A stretch of DNA of 64,000 bases, taken from assembly GCA_004764695.1 (NCBI GenBank), contig SMSO01000031.1, forward strand, positions 9,220,761 to 9,284,760, given 5' to 3'. How positions within the stretch are numbered: the stretch's first letter is position 1; every line of letters begins with the position of its first letter. This document shows positions 36,601 to 47,475 of this stretch, one piece after another. This DNA comes from Schizochytrium sp. TIO01. Lineage: Eukaryota > Protista > Bigyra: Labyrinthulomycetes. The notes below the pieces were generated by a model. That model was not told the DNA's origin. It saw nothing but the letters and a program-made list of their open reading frames with translations, and searched no databases. The translations under genes and the position numbers were made by a program.

Positions 36601-38187
36601 CACGAGGCAATGTGTCGTGCTTATCGATTTGGTCAAACTAAACCTGTCTATGTGTATCGGCTTGTTGCAGCTGGTACAATGGAGAGAACCATTTTTGACC
36701 AACAAACCAAGAAAGAGTCTCTCACGTCGCGTGTTGTAGATGCACGTGCAACAAAGCGCACTGTTCTAGCTGCCGACTTGCGGAACTTTTTCAATCTCAA
36801 ACGCTTCAATCAATTGCAACAGCAAAGTGTGAATGCACATAAGCTCCTCGAAGATCTGTCTGATGCGGAAGAAGCGGAGGGCGAACAGGAACAGGAACAG
36901 GAACAGAAAGACAACGGCAAAGAAGAGACCAGCAAACTTGACAAGGAGAAGAGCTCTTCGCCAAAGGACGAAGCAAAAGACCCAGAAAAGGATGACATAG
37001 AGGTTATAGATGACCCACATGTAACAGAAAAGGCTATGCAGCAGAAGCGAGCTCTTCGCAGTGACCTTGCGCTGCAAGCAGTGCTTCGTAATGAATCCTC
37101 CGGTGGCTCATATATTACTGAGTTCTGCCTTGAAGATCTTTTATTAAACGAAGATGAGGCTGAAAGGCAAACTGAGGAAGCACGTGCGCAAGCCATGGCT
37201 GAATTTCGAGAGGTGCAGCGTATTGAGCAAGAACTCATTAAGAGTGGCCAAGCGAACGAAAACAGTGCTGCAGCAATGGCTGCATCAATTTACGCGCATA
37301 ACATGGGCGGAAACAAGATGCGCGCTCGTGGAATTCAGGCTCCTGCGCAGAATAACGTCCGACATCAAACCTCGTATATGGGCAATTCGCATGCAGTCTT
37401 GCAAGGTCTGCACGCTTACAACCAAATGGTAAATAGTTCAAACCAGACACTGCCGTATCAAGAAATGCAAACATCTGGTCAGACCATGAGGAATATGGCA
37501 CAGTTCCAACATCACCAGCAACAAGTTCAGCTACAATATCAGCACCAGCTACAACAGCAATTACAGCAACTTCAGCACCAGCAGCAGCAGCAACAGCACC
37601 AGCCTCTGCAGCAACAGCAGCAACAAGGTCAACAAGATCAAAGCTTTCCAAACCGCCAGCCAGCTCAAGTAAAGTTCATTACATTCAAACATCTCGATGC
37701 TCAGTATCAATCGCGACTAGACACATTTTATATCTCAAAACGGCGTCCTGTTTTACCAGACTGTTCTAACCTCTTTGAAGGACTTACTATTTTAGTAATT
37801 AGAAAACGCATGCCAGTGGCTGAAGAAATAATGGAAGAGCTTCAAAAATATGGAGCGAAACCGACTACTGATACCAACATTTCGTGCCAATTTGTAATCT
37901 CTACTTTACGGCGTCAAAAGCTAAGCAAGCTTTGTGCAGAATGGCAGCTGAAGTCGGACGAACATGCCCGTGCTTCAAACACCCCGCAGCAGGCAATTCG
38001 AAGTGTCTTCAAGAAACCAGAATGGGTTTCTGCATGTATTCATGAGAAGCGATTGTTGCCAGGCTACCAACCTGAGGAAAGTGAGCTTAGCCTAGATCAT
38101 GCACCGTCTTCGAGTCATTTCTCAAAGCCTGGTGTTCCTGTTTTAACTGGTGCCTCAACTGAGACTATTGAATTGCTAGATGATTAG
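33601..38187 (+). CDS. SNF2-family ATPase, ATRX/ARIP4 (RAD54L2)-like, with a PDZ-like insertion, poly-Q and C-terminal BRCT
   Basis: Motifs LKPHQ, LADYMGLGKTLQ, VDEGHRLR, LTGYPLQN (ARIP4-type), SGKM, RLDGST, STRAAGEGLNL and WNP...AMCRAYRFGQTKPVYVYRL. BRCT-like LFEGL...YGAK...PEWVSACI at the C-terminus. Confidence 0.92.
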   Translation: MAEADKFLEEEEQEGLLMDFDASDKNSDSNDTAINEERPRARSLRGAKEEEEEEGSTFAKGNKYVKEGQAMGAAAGQGEEEQDKESIVDDNGDFFDAENGNVSDQERGDDDDDGDSDFEEEYENDIEGKRNKNKNRRKSSVKSKGKSKRKSEGKSKSKSEARDAGEGTNQPSAAEATERFLSGDADGVADKKTQHLKRKVDESKSALDAQMLKKVRHNKAQGTQWVIEDISDEDRELGIPLWEVKSEEEEEGSKKSASEQKRKKAEAKLDAKSKRTVEPLQSNQVRLDPIFSKVLKPHQAVGVRFLWSHVQSARHGGCVLADYMGLGKTLQNISLMHTFLKNHKDEKNPHRKTTVLIVAPTSVILNWKREIHKWLDESILEQRRALELFNVKVLDTKTGSRLDQRIPVLKAWQREGGVLITGYEMFRSLAQEPKDGNDTNDHQKARDLLVYGPGPSMVIVDEGHRLRHAKSQIVKAMSKLKTRRRVVLTGYPLQNHLEEYWCMVNFARPGFLRSSEVFKHQFKIPIENGQALDSAPQDVALARSRTMVLNDLLRSIILRRDSQHLARELPPKYEWVLRCRLTPKQAELYRAFARNRVDQAKEREMNGGSSQQNGGIIAAYHHSLSIVNHPDILCAKYRENTSSGEGLGSRDNSYAIMTIVVPNSLDSLGIQIHQCMLASSRVDPTETVAAFVSKISNDNRSDPKASWFELFDEIIAVNNDPCGQEAFKETYIRAQSEARAEGQPLYFTVHRWHVASWRRAQFLGKVNSCDPVDVTLGKDELHEADLSVERWKEIESNRKLAEMEDDDGIVAVEESNNEPEHSLSWARLILKSYAPGARLSDSGKMIVLFSILRNARQQNDKVIVFSQSVQTLNMIQVIIEAHNAHVRDQARAIDYESDSDSDDNLDNSEEYAEAKARQRESITPGTDACPYVPGVTLGFSRLDGSTPQAVRNALVDAFNGAPIREKCVFLASTRAAGEGLNLQSANRVVMFDACWNPCLDHEAMCRAYRFGQTKPVYVYRLVAAGTMERTIFDQQTKKESLTSRVVDARATKRTVLAADLRNFFNLKRFNQLQQQSVNAHKLLEDLSDAEEAEGEQEQEQEQKDNGKEETSKLDKEKSSSPKDEAKDPEKDDIEVIDDPHVTEKAMQQKRALRSDLALQAVLRNESSGGSYITEFCLEDLLLNEDEAERQTEEARAQAMAEFREVQRIEQELIKSGQANENSAAAMAASIYAHNMGGNKMRARGIQAPAQNNVRHQTSYMGNSHAVLQGLHAYNQMVNSSNQTLPYQEMQTSGQTMRNMAQFQHHQQQVQLQYQHQLQQQLQQLQHQQQQQQHQPLQQQQQQGQQDQSFPNRQPAQVKFITFKHLDAQYQSRLDTFYISKRRPVLPDCSNLFEGLTILVIRKRMPVAEEIMEELQKYGAKPTTDTNISCQFVISTLRRQKLSKLCAEWQLKSDEHARASNTPQQAIRSVFKKPEWVSACIHEKRLLPGYQPEESELSLDHAPSSSHFSKPGVPVLTGASTETIELLDD

Positions 38188-38987
38188 TCACGCAATTGTT
38201 TACCGAATGAAATGATCTTGTTTTTGGTCTCATACTGCAAACCAATTAACTTTGATCACTTTTCTATGAGCGTTCCTCGCAGGAACTGCTAGCTATTTTA
38301 TGTTGCCCCTTTTGAAACTAGGCGCTATTTTATGTTTTCGCTATAAAAATGAGATAGCGAAATGTCATTCTTAATTTGAGTGCTTTTAGCTTTACATGAG
38401 AAGGGAATTTAGCCTGATTAGATCAAATAAACAGATGGGTCTTTATTTGTTTCTATTAGTGCGCATCTGTGATCTTATAATTAGACCATTTATTCGCCCT
38501 TTTTCAAAGAAAATAATGTTTACATTAAATGTAATTGTGTTAAATGATCTCAGGAACGTCAAATATTGCTCACAGAGGTCTTCAACATCACCCCTATTGT
38601 TTAAACGCAACTAAAAATAACAGAATAAACATCAACAAAGTTTTAATAGAAAATACAGAATCTTATTTGTGCTGAAAGTAAAAAAATAAAATGAAATAGA
38701 AACATTCAAATGGATGAATCTTATTCGAAAGATATCCATTTTGAGATGCAAAGGTGTTCTGTGGTTGTTCCACAAGTTTTGCTTAAATTTTCAAAACAAA
38801 TCTCGATCTGGTAAAAATTGATTATAGACGCTTTCACTAATTCATATTTTACTTTTAATCCATTGATCTTTCTTCGTTTCCAGAATTCTGAATAAAAACA
38901 GTGCCTCTTTTAGAAACTTGTCTTGCTTCTTTCTTAGAGAGATTTCTGTATGTAGTAACGTTCACTTTATGGAAATTATTTCCTGCA

Positions 38988-40667
38988 TTAGTCTACACTT
39001 GCTCCATATTCTCCACGAGAGATACCTCGACGGAACTCCTTATTCACAGGAATTGGTCCGAATCTTTCGTGGGAATAGTGCAAAATCTCAAGCGTTTTTG
39101 TACTTTGAAAGTCTGCATCCGGAGGCACTGGCCAGGGAATAACGGTACTTGCCGTGTTGTTACACTTGCACCAAACTTGCTGGCCAAAACGGCTGAAGCT
39201 CTTACCTTCAGTATGAGCCCAGCGTTGTGCAGGGGTGTAAGATACTGGAAACCAAGCTCGACCAACATGAAGCATAGATACTTCCTGTAGTTTTTCCTTT
39301 CGATGCTCCGAGTCAACGTCACGCACTTGAATACGTGGAATGACTTTATGCTTAACCCCAGCATGAGCTGCTGCAAAATTGTATCCAAACATTTCCGATG
39401 CCCAAGCAAGATCTAGATGCCCGTATTTATCTTTGAACTCTTTATCTGAGTCTACCCGATCCTTAATCATGATTGTGTACTCGCGCCAGAGAGGGGCGAT
39501 TCGAGCGAGATCGTCCCTGTGCACAATATATGGAACACCAACAAGGTCTACATCAGCCTCACAATTGTTTTTACAAACTTCTTTCCAAAGCCTCTGCGCA
39601 CTACGGCTTCCATGATAGTAAGCAGGTTCTCCAAGAGCGTTTCCTGGAGTGACTTGATCCACATATTGACTAATATCCTTGAGCAACCAGTTATCTGGAT
39701 CGATTACAACAATCACCTCCTCTTTGGGACGATCAACTGAGGCAAACCATTTTGCAATAACATCAGGCTTATTGATTGGTGAATAACGTCGAGAAAAAAG
39801 GGTTCGCTTAGCCTGAAAAGTTGCGAGGCCCTTGACTTGTTCCGATAGATCATCACGCTTACCAGCTGTGAGCAAACGAGTCCAAGAAGCCGACTTTTGG
39901 CCACTTGTAAGGTATCCATAGTAGTTTGCCCAAACTTGATATCCAAAATATTCGGAGGATTCTGCTGAAAAGACGATGCGTGCTTTCGCAGGTTCCCCTG
40001 GGGATTTGACAGGCTTGTGGTCTTGTAATGCCCATTGGGTATCTAGTAAACTGTCTGATATTTGCTTTATAGTAAGTGAAGAAGTCCATCGAAAGCGAAA
40101 CGATTTAGCGGAAGGATAGTTGTAGCGCTTTACACAGCCTTCAGACGCAAAGAGAGAGCCCACATAATATCTGTCGTGTTGGCAGCTCGAGTAGAAGTCA
40201 GCCTCAGGGCCACCAACTAGCTTCATGGAACCTGCCTGATATTCGCAGATCCCGTGCAGGTCATTCTGAAGAGCCTTCATAGGCCGGATCTCCCCAATTA
40301 CCGCCCCTTGGCACCTATCATCTTTGTAGAGATACAAAACCGGATCGAGGTTCCCAGATGGCAGGCTTGTGCTGTCGAAGCCATTACTCCCTGATGTAGA
40401 TAATGATAGGTGTGAAAGACTCCCGTACTCTCCATGGCCACTCGCTGGAGCGTTCTTTAACTTTGCAGTAGCTTGTCGGAGTGCTTGACTTCCTTCCCGT
40501 ACCGATCTCTGCAAATCTCCAGTAACGCTGAAGAAATAGTACAACCAGCCGGCGATAGCCAAAACTACCGTTGACGCCAAAACGAAGAACAGACATCTGT
40601 GGAGAAGACGAGGTCGATGGCCTCCAAGCTCGCGTCGCCTGGCCTCGAATTCTCGAGCCCCGCGCAT
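38988..40667 (-). CDS. Type II membrane peptidyl-serine alpha-galactosyltransferase (SGT1/GT96) or hydroxyproline O-arabinosyltransferase-like glycosyltransferase
   Basis: N-terminal TM, then IVFSAESSEYFGYQ, WTRLL, YSPINKP, VIDPD, VGVPY..HRDDL..IAPLW and WASEMFGYNFAAAH, which are motifs of the SGT1/HPAT family. Confidence 0.82.
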   Translation of the reverse strand: MRGAREFEARRRELGGHRPRLLHRCLFFVLASTVVLAIAGWLYYFFSVTGDLQRSVREGSQALRQATAKLKNAPASGHGEYGSLSHLSLSTSGSNGFDSTSLPSGNLDPVLYLYKDDRCQGAVIGEIRPMKALQNDLHGICEYQAGSMKLVGGPEADFYSSCQHDRYYVGSLFASEGCVKRYNYPSAKSFRFRWTSSLTIKQISDSLLDTQWALQDHKPVKSPGEPAKARIVFSAESSEYFGYQVWANYYGYLTSGQKSASWTRLLTAGKRDDLSEQVKGLATFQAKRTLFSRRYSPINKPDVIAKWFASVDRPKEEVIVVIDPDNWLLKDISQYVDQVTPGNALGEPAYYHGSRSAQRLWKEVCKNNCEADVDLVGVPYIVHRDDLARIAPLWREYTIMIKDRVDSDKEFKDKYGHLDLAWASEMFGYNFAAAHAGVKHKVIPRIQVRDVDSEHRKEKLQEVSMLHVGRAWFPVSYTPAQRWAHTEGKSFSRFGQQVWCKCNNTASTVIPWPVPPDADFQSTKTLEILHYSHERFGPIPVNKEFRRGISRGEYGASVD

Positions 40668-43600
40668 TCTGGGTGCGGGCCAGTTGTGTGGCCAGTTGCG
40701 TTTTACTTTGACAACGGTGAGTAAATACCTGCGCGTGGGGTAAGATAATTTTGAAGTCCTAGTAGCAGCAATATAATAATGGTAGTTCTACAAGTTATGT
40801 ACTACTACTAATACGAACACCTCCCTTCCTGGGCACATCTGCCATGCTGACGTGAACAACTCACAGACGGGGAGAGAACATAGGAGAGAACAGGCGAAAA
40901 TATGGGGGTAGATTCTTCTTCTCCTCACAAAAACATTGTGTTGGCGAATTTTCTGATATGCATTTTATAAGATAAATGGTTTTTACTGTGGGACCTGATA
41001 TGACATTTAGCTTTTAATCTAAAAATATTTATGAATTTTGTTACTGGTTTTATCAAGAACACACAGTGGGGACTCTCCTTTGTCTCCACTGAGAATAATT
41101 AAGTCTACTGCCACTGGGTCTCCTCACAAGGTATATACAATAGAGCTTTACAGTTGCACAATAACAATCATTGTATTTGTATATTTAAATCATACAGAAA
41201 CTAATACCAGACTATTCTCAACAATTGCGAACCTTGGCAAAGCGACCCAGGTTTCTGCGCTTGGACAATCAAAATGACGCGATATTAGACAAGTGAATGA
41301 AAGGCATTTAGGATAGAGAAGTATTTCCTGGTTTTGAGATATTGATTTAAAGACTTAATTACTTCATAAATGAATCATCAATCCAGGAAAGCAAGCAATT
41401 TTGAGCATATTCTCAAAACTTTCGGGATGAAGTAGGAGAAATGGTCTCAAGTTTAGAGGTACTCGATAACAACTAGTGCAAAACATCCACTCAACCCATC
41501 CAAACAGATTATTTGAGGTTCTTGCTTTATTTGCTTTACTGCTTTTAAGCATTTTGACAAAGGAACACACTTCAAGTTACTGATTCCTCTATAAATGGCC
41601 AGGTGATTCACAGCAGCTTCTGAACTTCAGTTGATATGAATATAATGTAGTCTCGGCCTCATTTTTATCTTATCTGTCATCCAAGTAGCTGGAGTATCAC
41701 TAGTATAGATTCTCGCATAAAGAGTTCGGAAGATGAAAGATCATACTAAGAAAACATGAAAATGACATGAACTGAGGCTCCTCGACGATTAGCAGCTGAA
41801 TGATATGCACGTGTTTGTGAGGAGGGATTCAAACTTGACACAATTAGCTTAACAGAATCGTCTAAAACACCCTTAGCTTGTTTTGAATAGTGCGATCATT
41901 ATGTCAGAAGGATAATATCTCACATGTGAAGAATGGCTTGAACCATTGGACTTCAAACTTGATAACCCATATCATGTTTCACTCTCAAAGCATACTATCA
42001 GTGCACCTCTAGCCTAGGCTGTGAGGTATGACTTTCAGACTGATCACGAAACCCAGAAGAAAGTAAAGTATGAATCATGGTAGAGTTTGAGAAAAGAGCT
42101 TTTCGTGAACCCGTGCGCGTTGGCTTCAACAAAACTAAGCTGGAGGATCTTCGCAACCAATAGTTTACTGGAGGGGATTGCGACTGCAATGGTGCAATTT
42201 AACGTAGGTGTGCTGCAGAGATCTTTGTGTGTTGGTTTTGCTGCAAACATTCACCTTAGCCAATGGTTTCACTTTCGTCCACGATTTCTTTTAGTTATTT
42301 TTGGTGAGCCAACCCACCTGAGACCACTTACACTTTGCTGAAATATATACCAACACACACGGGAACTGTATCAACCCTAAGGGTCCTACTTCCGAGCTTG
42401 GCGAGCTGTGCATAGAAACTCCCTGAAATCCATCAGCTATAAGCGAATATTATAGAGCATATAGGTTCTGTGACAACTTCGATCTGGATGTGTGACTGGT
42501 TGAACTATTTAAACCCGATGATTTAAGCGTTTATTACAGAAGCAAAATAGTGACTCACAGGAGCCACCCATCTGTTTGTGAGATCATGACAATTATTGCA
42601 CCAAAAATAAATGTTTTGTCTTTCTTTTCTTTTCATTTTTTTTTAAATCAATGTGATAGCACCAATAGCTATCATAGGAATAATCCCTTTTTCATTAAAA
42701 TAATGTGATGTACGTAGCTTTCCCACTCTCTCAAACTCAAAGACACTCTCGCTAGCTAATGGTTCTCCTATAATCCTGTTAATCCTGGGTAAGAACACAA
42801 GTCAAAGCATATATTATCTTAGTAGAAGGCTCACTATTTGGCCAAGGTACCTAGGGACTAAGTGCGACTGCAATCAAATTAAGATTTACTCTTTATTTAT
42901 TTGGTGTTATGATCATGATATTCAACCTTGAAAGAAAAAAAAAAAAAAGAGGTTTTTGCCAGAATATTAGAGGATTAAGTCATTAGTGCCAGCATATCAT
43001 CCGCTGTGAGTAGGTACTGTCGTCGTCATCGTGTAACACGGAAGAAATGTGGATGCTGCATAGAAAATCGATACACATGTCCACCCGTCGTTTATAAGGA
43101 AAGCAACTGTGGCCAGACTATATACCAATGCAGTGATTTTCCTTTATGAAGACCTAAAACCACTCAGGATTAGTATGTTGTTGAAATTAATATTAAATTG
43201 AAAAAATAAATAAAGATTTTAGAGTTTATAAATGAATATAATTATATATATTGTATAGAAGCAAACAACTCATACTGGGAAAGAATGCGTCTGCTGTTGG
43301 TATTGAAACGCAAAATTCTGCTCACTTGTCCGAGGTATTCCTACTTGGGAAACAACAGAACAGCTTCAAGGTTTGCAAAGTTTAATTCTTTAATTCACTC
43401 TAAAGGGAGTCGGAGGTGAAGTGATGAAACAAACAGAGGACTCTGAGAAGCGAGAATAATGACGTGAAACTAAGAATTGTTTACCCTGACACCAAACATC
43501 CAGTGCTTCCGAGACCTTGATCAACAGGAACAATAAACCTTACTATCTTAGACAGCAAACTAATATAGGCTTGCTATATATTTTCTGATCTAAAAGTTTC

Positions 43601-46034
43601 CGAAACTAGCTTATGATAGATCTGCGGCGTTGCCGGTAATCTATTTGAGAGCTAAAGGGAGAATTCTCTGAGATACTTACCAGAACAAAACTATAAAAGG
43701 ATCAACGTCGCTGTTATCGACTCCGACTTTTGCTAATAGCATGTTCATGATAAATGTCGAGATAGCTTGAAGTTTTTTGCAAAGCTTTTCTGGGATCAAG
43801 CAGTTTTTTAATCAATTTTTGCTATATCATGGGTAGGTAGGTAGTTGGTAAAGAGCAGGGCCTTACTCAATTAACTCTAGGCAAAACAATTAACTGGGCA
43901 ACTCATATCTTGAACCCTTTGACTTGGGTAGAAATCTAAGCCAAGCCAAAGTAATTGTCTGCAAATACCATGTAGGCGCCTTGGCTTTGCCATGAGATGA
44001 AATATTGATACCCAACCAAACTCTTCATGATCCTCACTCAGTAAGACTGATGATCCTCGCTCACTGACCTCAGCTTTGTCCGAAGTCAGAAGGCCGACAC
44101 GTTCTGCACCTTCCAAATTCACTCAGAAAACCTACTGGCTGGAAAGAAAGAACAAAGGTCTGAAGAGTTTGAATGAAAGATTCTTGGAACGGGCGGTCAT
44201 TGGTAGAAAAAAATAGTAGGTATCATTAGTGCATAGGCCCGTAGTACAGACCTACCATATAGACACCTTTAGTTTTTTTTAAAACAGTTTTTATTGTTAT
44301 TAATTTTATATACTTTTTAATTAAACTAATAACATATTGTCGCATATAATTACATTATATTCTTTAAAAGGCCTAGTCAAAAAGAAGGAGAAAAACTACC
44401 TTGGCAACTACTACCTAACTTGTGCTTTTCCTCTTTTCCTGACATAATGATTCTCTCATACATCATGTACTCTGTTCTATGTAGGTATGTTTAATACCAT
44501 AAGCAGTCGTTTTGAGCGTTTAGGTACCTATACATAGGGTACATATCGTTTCTGATAGTGTTTACCTATAGTACGTAGAGGTTTTCGTGCATAGTGAGTG
44601 CCTATGAATTCAGCCTGCTCCGGTACGTAGGTAGCAGTAGGCTTTCACTAACCTGCATTACTTTCCTCCTCTACTATTCTAAATCAGACATAGGATTATA
44701 CGTACTGGGTGCCTACTATTGTTGATCCTGGTAACTTGTATTCAGCAAAGGTAGTTGGCTTTCGGTTTGCTGGTGGACTATCTTAGTACATGCACAAAGC
44801 TTTCAAAAGTGATTGATTCAGCCTAAGCCACGCAAATTTACACTCTGTCCTCCTTACCTCCAGCTTGGTACCTATCCAAGTTGAACTTTCTACTCTCTGT
44901 AGCCCTGGAGTTGCAAGATAGATGGGCCTCAAGGTCAAACAACTTCAATAGTCACAGTGGTATGTACGTACCTAGGTCTGTATTTGTTTTAAAATCTTCG
45001 AACGACTTACCCACCATTGGCTCAAGCCAACCTCAACCCTCCGGGCTTTCTCGGCTCCATGGCCATCACAAATTTAATTCCTGATGATTGGCTCTTATCC
45101 TCTTATCTTACCTGAGACTTTCTCCTCTTCCTCTTACAAGTCTTCAACTTGGAAGGTTTTTACAACAGTATAGTTGCGCTCTTTCTCTTTTTTAAATCTT
45201 CTTTAAAGCTTTTTTCCTTTTCTTAGATGAAGTAGCCTTATAAAAATATATAGGCCTGTGTCTATAGAAATACATTTTATATTTTTTTAATACCAACGTA
45301 CCTAATACGTAGGTAGTAACTAGGAAGTACAAATATTGTATTTAAAAACTGCAGGTTTTCTCTCACCTGAGCCATGTTAAAAAATTAATTTGTCACCGTT
45401 CGGGCAACAAGACTTCAGGATATTTCCATGTTTGGGTAAGCTGCATGTGCTTCACACCTCTGCGTCAGACAAAAATCCAGCATTTCATCCTCTGGAGCGA
45501 TAAAAATGATAGAGATTTAAAGCTCTTCAATTATCTCAAAAGTGTGAGTAAGATAAAGTACCTGCTTCGAAGAGCACGAATTTGGACATTCTCTAAAAGA
45601 CACTGGCTGATAGATCCTCCGTAAAACCTGCGCATGTTCCGAGGCAATCCGATTATTCGCCCGGCAAACCCAAAGTCGAGGAATGTTTGAAATCGAAAAC
45701 GTTTATCCGAAAGAATGCTAAAACTTAGGCATGCCATAATAATAAAACATAATAGTATTTCTTTCTTTATAAAAATAAATAAATAAAAAAATAAAAAATA
45801 CAAACACAGATGCAAATGAAAAAAGGAAAAGAACATGAACATGAAAAGAAGCTAAAACCTAGGCTTGGAATAAGAGGACATTCACAAAGATCAATAGGAT
45901 GACTCAGCCTGAGCAAATAAAGAGCAAATATGTTTCTTTGATTGTGAAGTTTGTTTCCTGAAGCTTTAGAACCACTACATTGTATAATCTGAACGGCTAG
46001 GTACGATTACTAGTCGAAGTGACTTGAGCAATCA

Positions 46035-46077
46035 CCCAAATGATACCTTTTATTCATGATATAAATGAGATATTATA
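46035..46077 (+). mobile_element. Isolated left-end fragment of the IS607/Fanzor2 family
   Basis: cccaaatgataccttttattc is identical over 21 bp to 51191-51211. Similarity continues as atgatataaat..atattata after an 8-bp indel. Confidence 0.7.
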
Positions 46078-47447
46078 GTTTTCAAGGATAAAATAAATGC
46101 GTCATTATCGATCAACCAAGGATTTGAAAAGACAAACAAGCAACAAGATTCCGCCATTTCCGAATTCAGATTACCCGGCATCATCTTATCCTAATTACCT
46201 CCGTTCGTTACGATCGTTTAGATGGAGACTCTTGATTTGGCATGGCAGATGTTACATTCATTCTGAAGCAATGTCAACGAGGACCGAAAGGTGCTGCGCA
46301 TACATTCAATTCAAGTCATACTTACAAAGAGAAACAAATGGTACTCAGGGGCGATCAACATATTTCATGAGTCATGAATCCGTGGTGCACAAGAACTATC
46401 AATTTGAGATTATTTAGATTATGGTGGGACGGAGAATTGGTAATAATACCACGCTTTTCTCATCGTTCTCGTCTTCTATCTGAGCCACGGTAAATTAACT
46501 TTTGAGCTCATTTTTTTGCTTTTTTTTTTTTAATTCGATGAAAAATATATGTATTAAATATTTATCCCTGTTACATAGTAGCTCTCAGAGACGATGATGT
46601 AGATGTTAGTACCGACTATGATAGTTGTAAGTTTTTCTCTCTTTCTTTTTTAAAATTAAATCTTTTCACTAGTTTTTAAATTTGAAGGCATCAAAAGGGA
46701 AGCTTTTCTTTTCTTTTCTTTTTAACAATAAAACATGATACCAGGTCGGTTGCTGGCATTTCATCGATTAAGAAACTGCAAGGTCTAGGGGGGTTAGCCC
46801 GAATTGCGCGCCAATGAATGCAGTCGGCGTTCGGAGAGGTGCAGCTCATGCTTTTCTCTGTATTTAGGCATACCGTGACTCTTTGTAGCTTTGGGTCACT
46901 TGGAAATCCGCAGTTTAGTATTCACTTTACATGGAAATGATGGCCACGTGCTCCAAGAGCTGGTTTCGTAGGTGCCTCTAGGTACCTAATAGGATAAGAA
47001 AGAAAAAAAACCAAAAGAAAAGAAGAAACTCCGAATAGACTCACAAACCTTCACATTCTAGCGTTCCAAGTTTGAAGCTTTCTTCTTCAAAGAGGAGGCA
47101 ATAAAACGTGGCAAACTCTATCGTTGTTGAGATAAGCAAGTAAGCCCTCTAGACGTGTTTTCTTGATAAACAGTTGAATTTGATGGTGGTTATGAACACA
47201 GCCTACCTAGGTACGATCAGTGATACCTCGTGTATTTGAGACAACCAGGTATCTCTTGCGCTACCTATGTAGAATCGATTCCAGGCTTGGTCCTACTGAG
47301 AATGCCAGAGCTGGACATTGGTGCCTGTGGTCAGGTTATCAATCTAGAGACAATTTGTACATGCATCATAACTGATGTAGTAGTGAACGAAGTCTAAGGC
47401 GCCACATAAATGAACCAAGTCTGTGGCTATGGCGCGCAGCCGTAATA

Positions 47448-47475
47448 AGTGATTGTTTGGGCTTGAGTTTTTACC
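47448..47475 (+). repeat. Short dispersed repeat, copy 2 (first copy at 29777-29804)
   Basis: 26 of 28 identical to copy 1. Confidence 0.7.
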
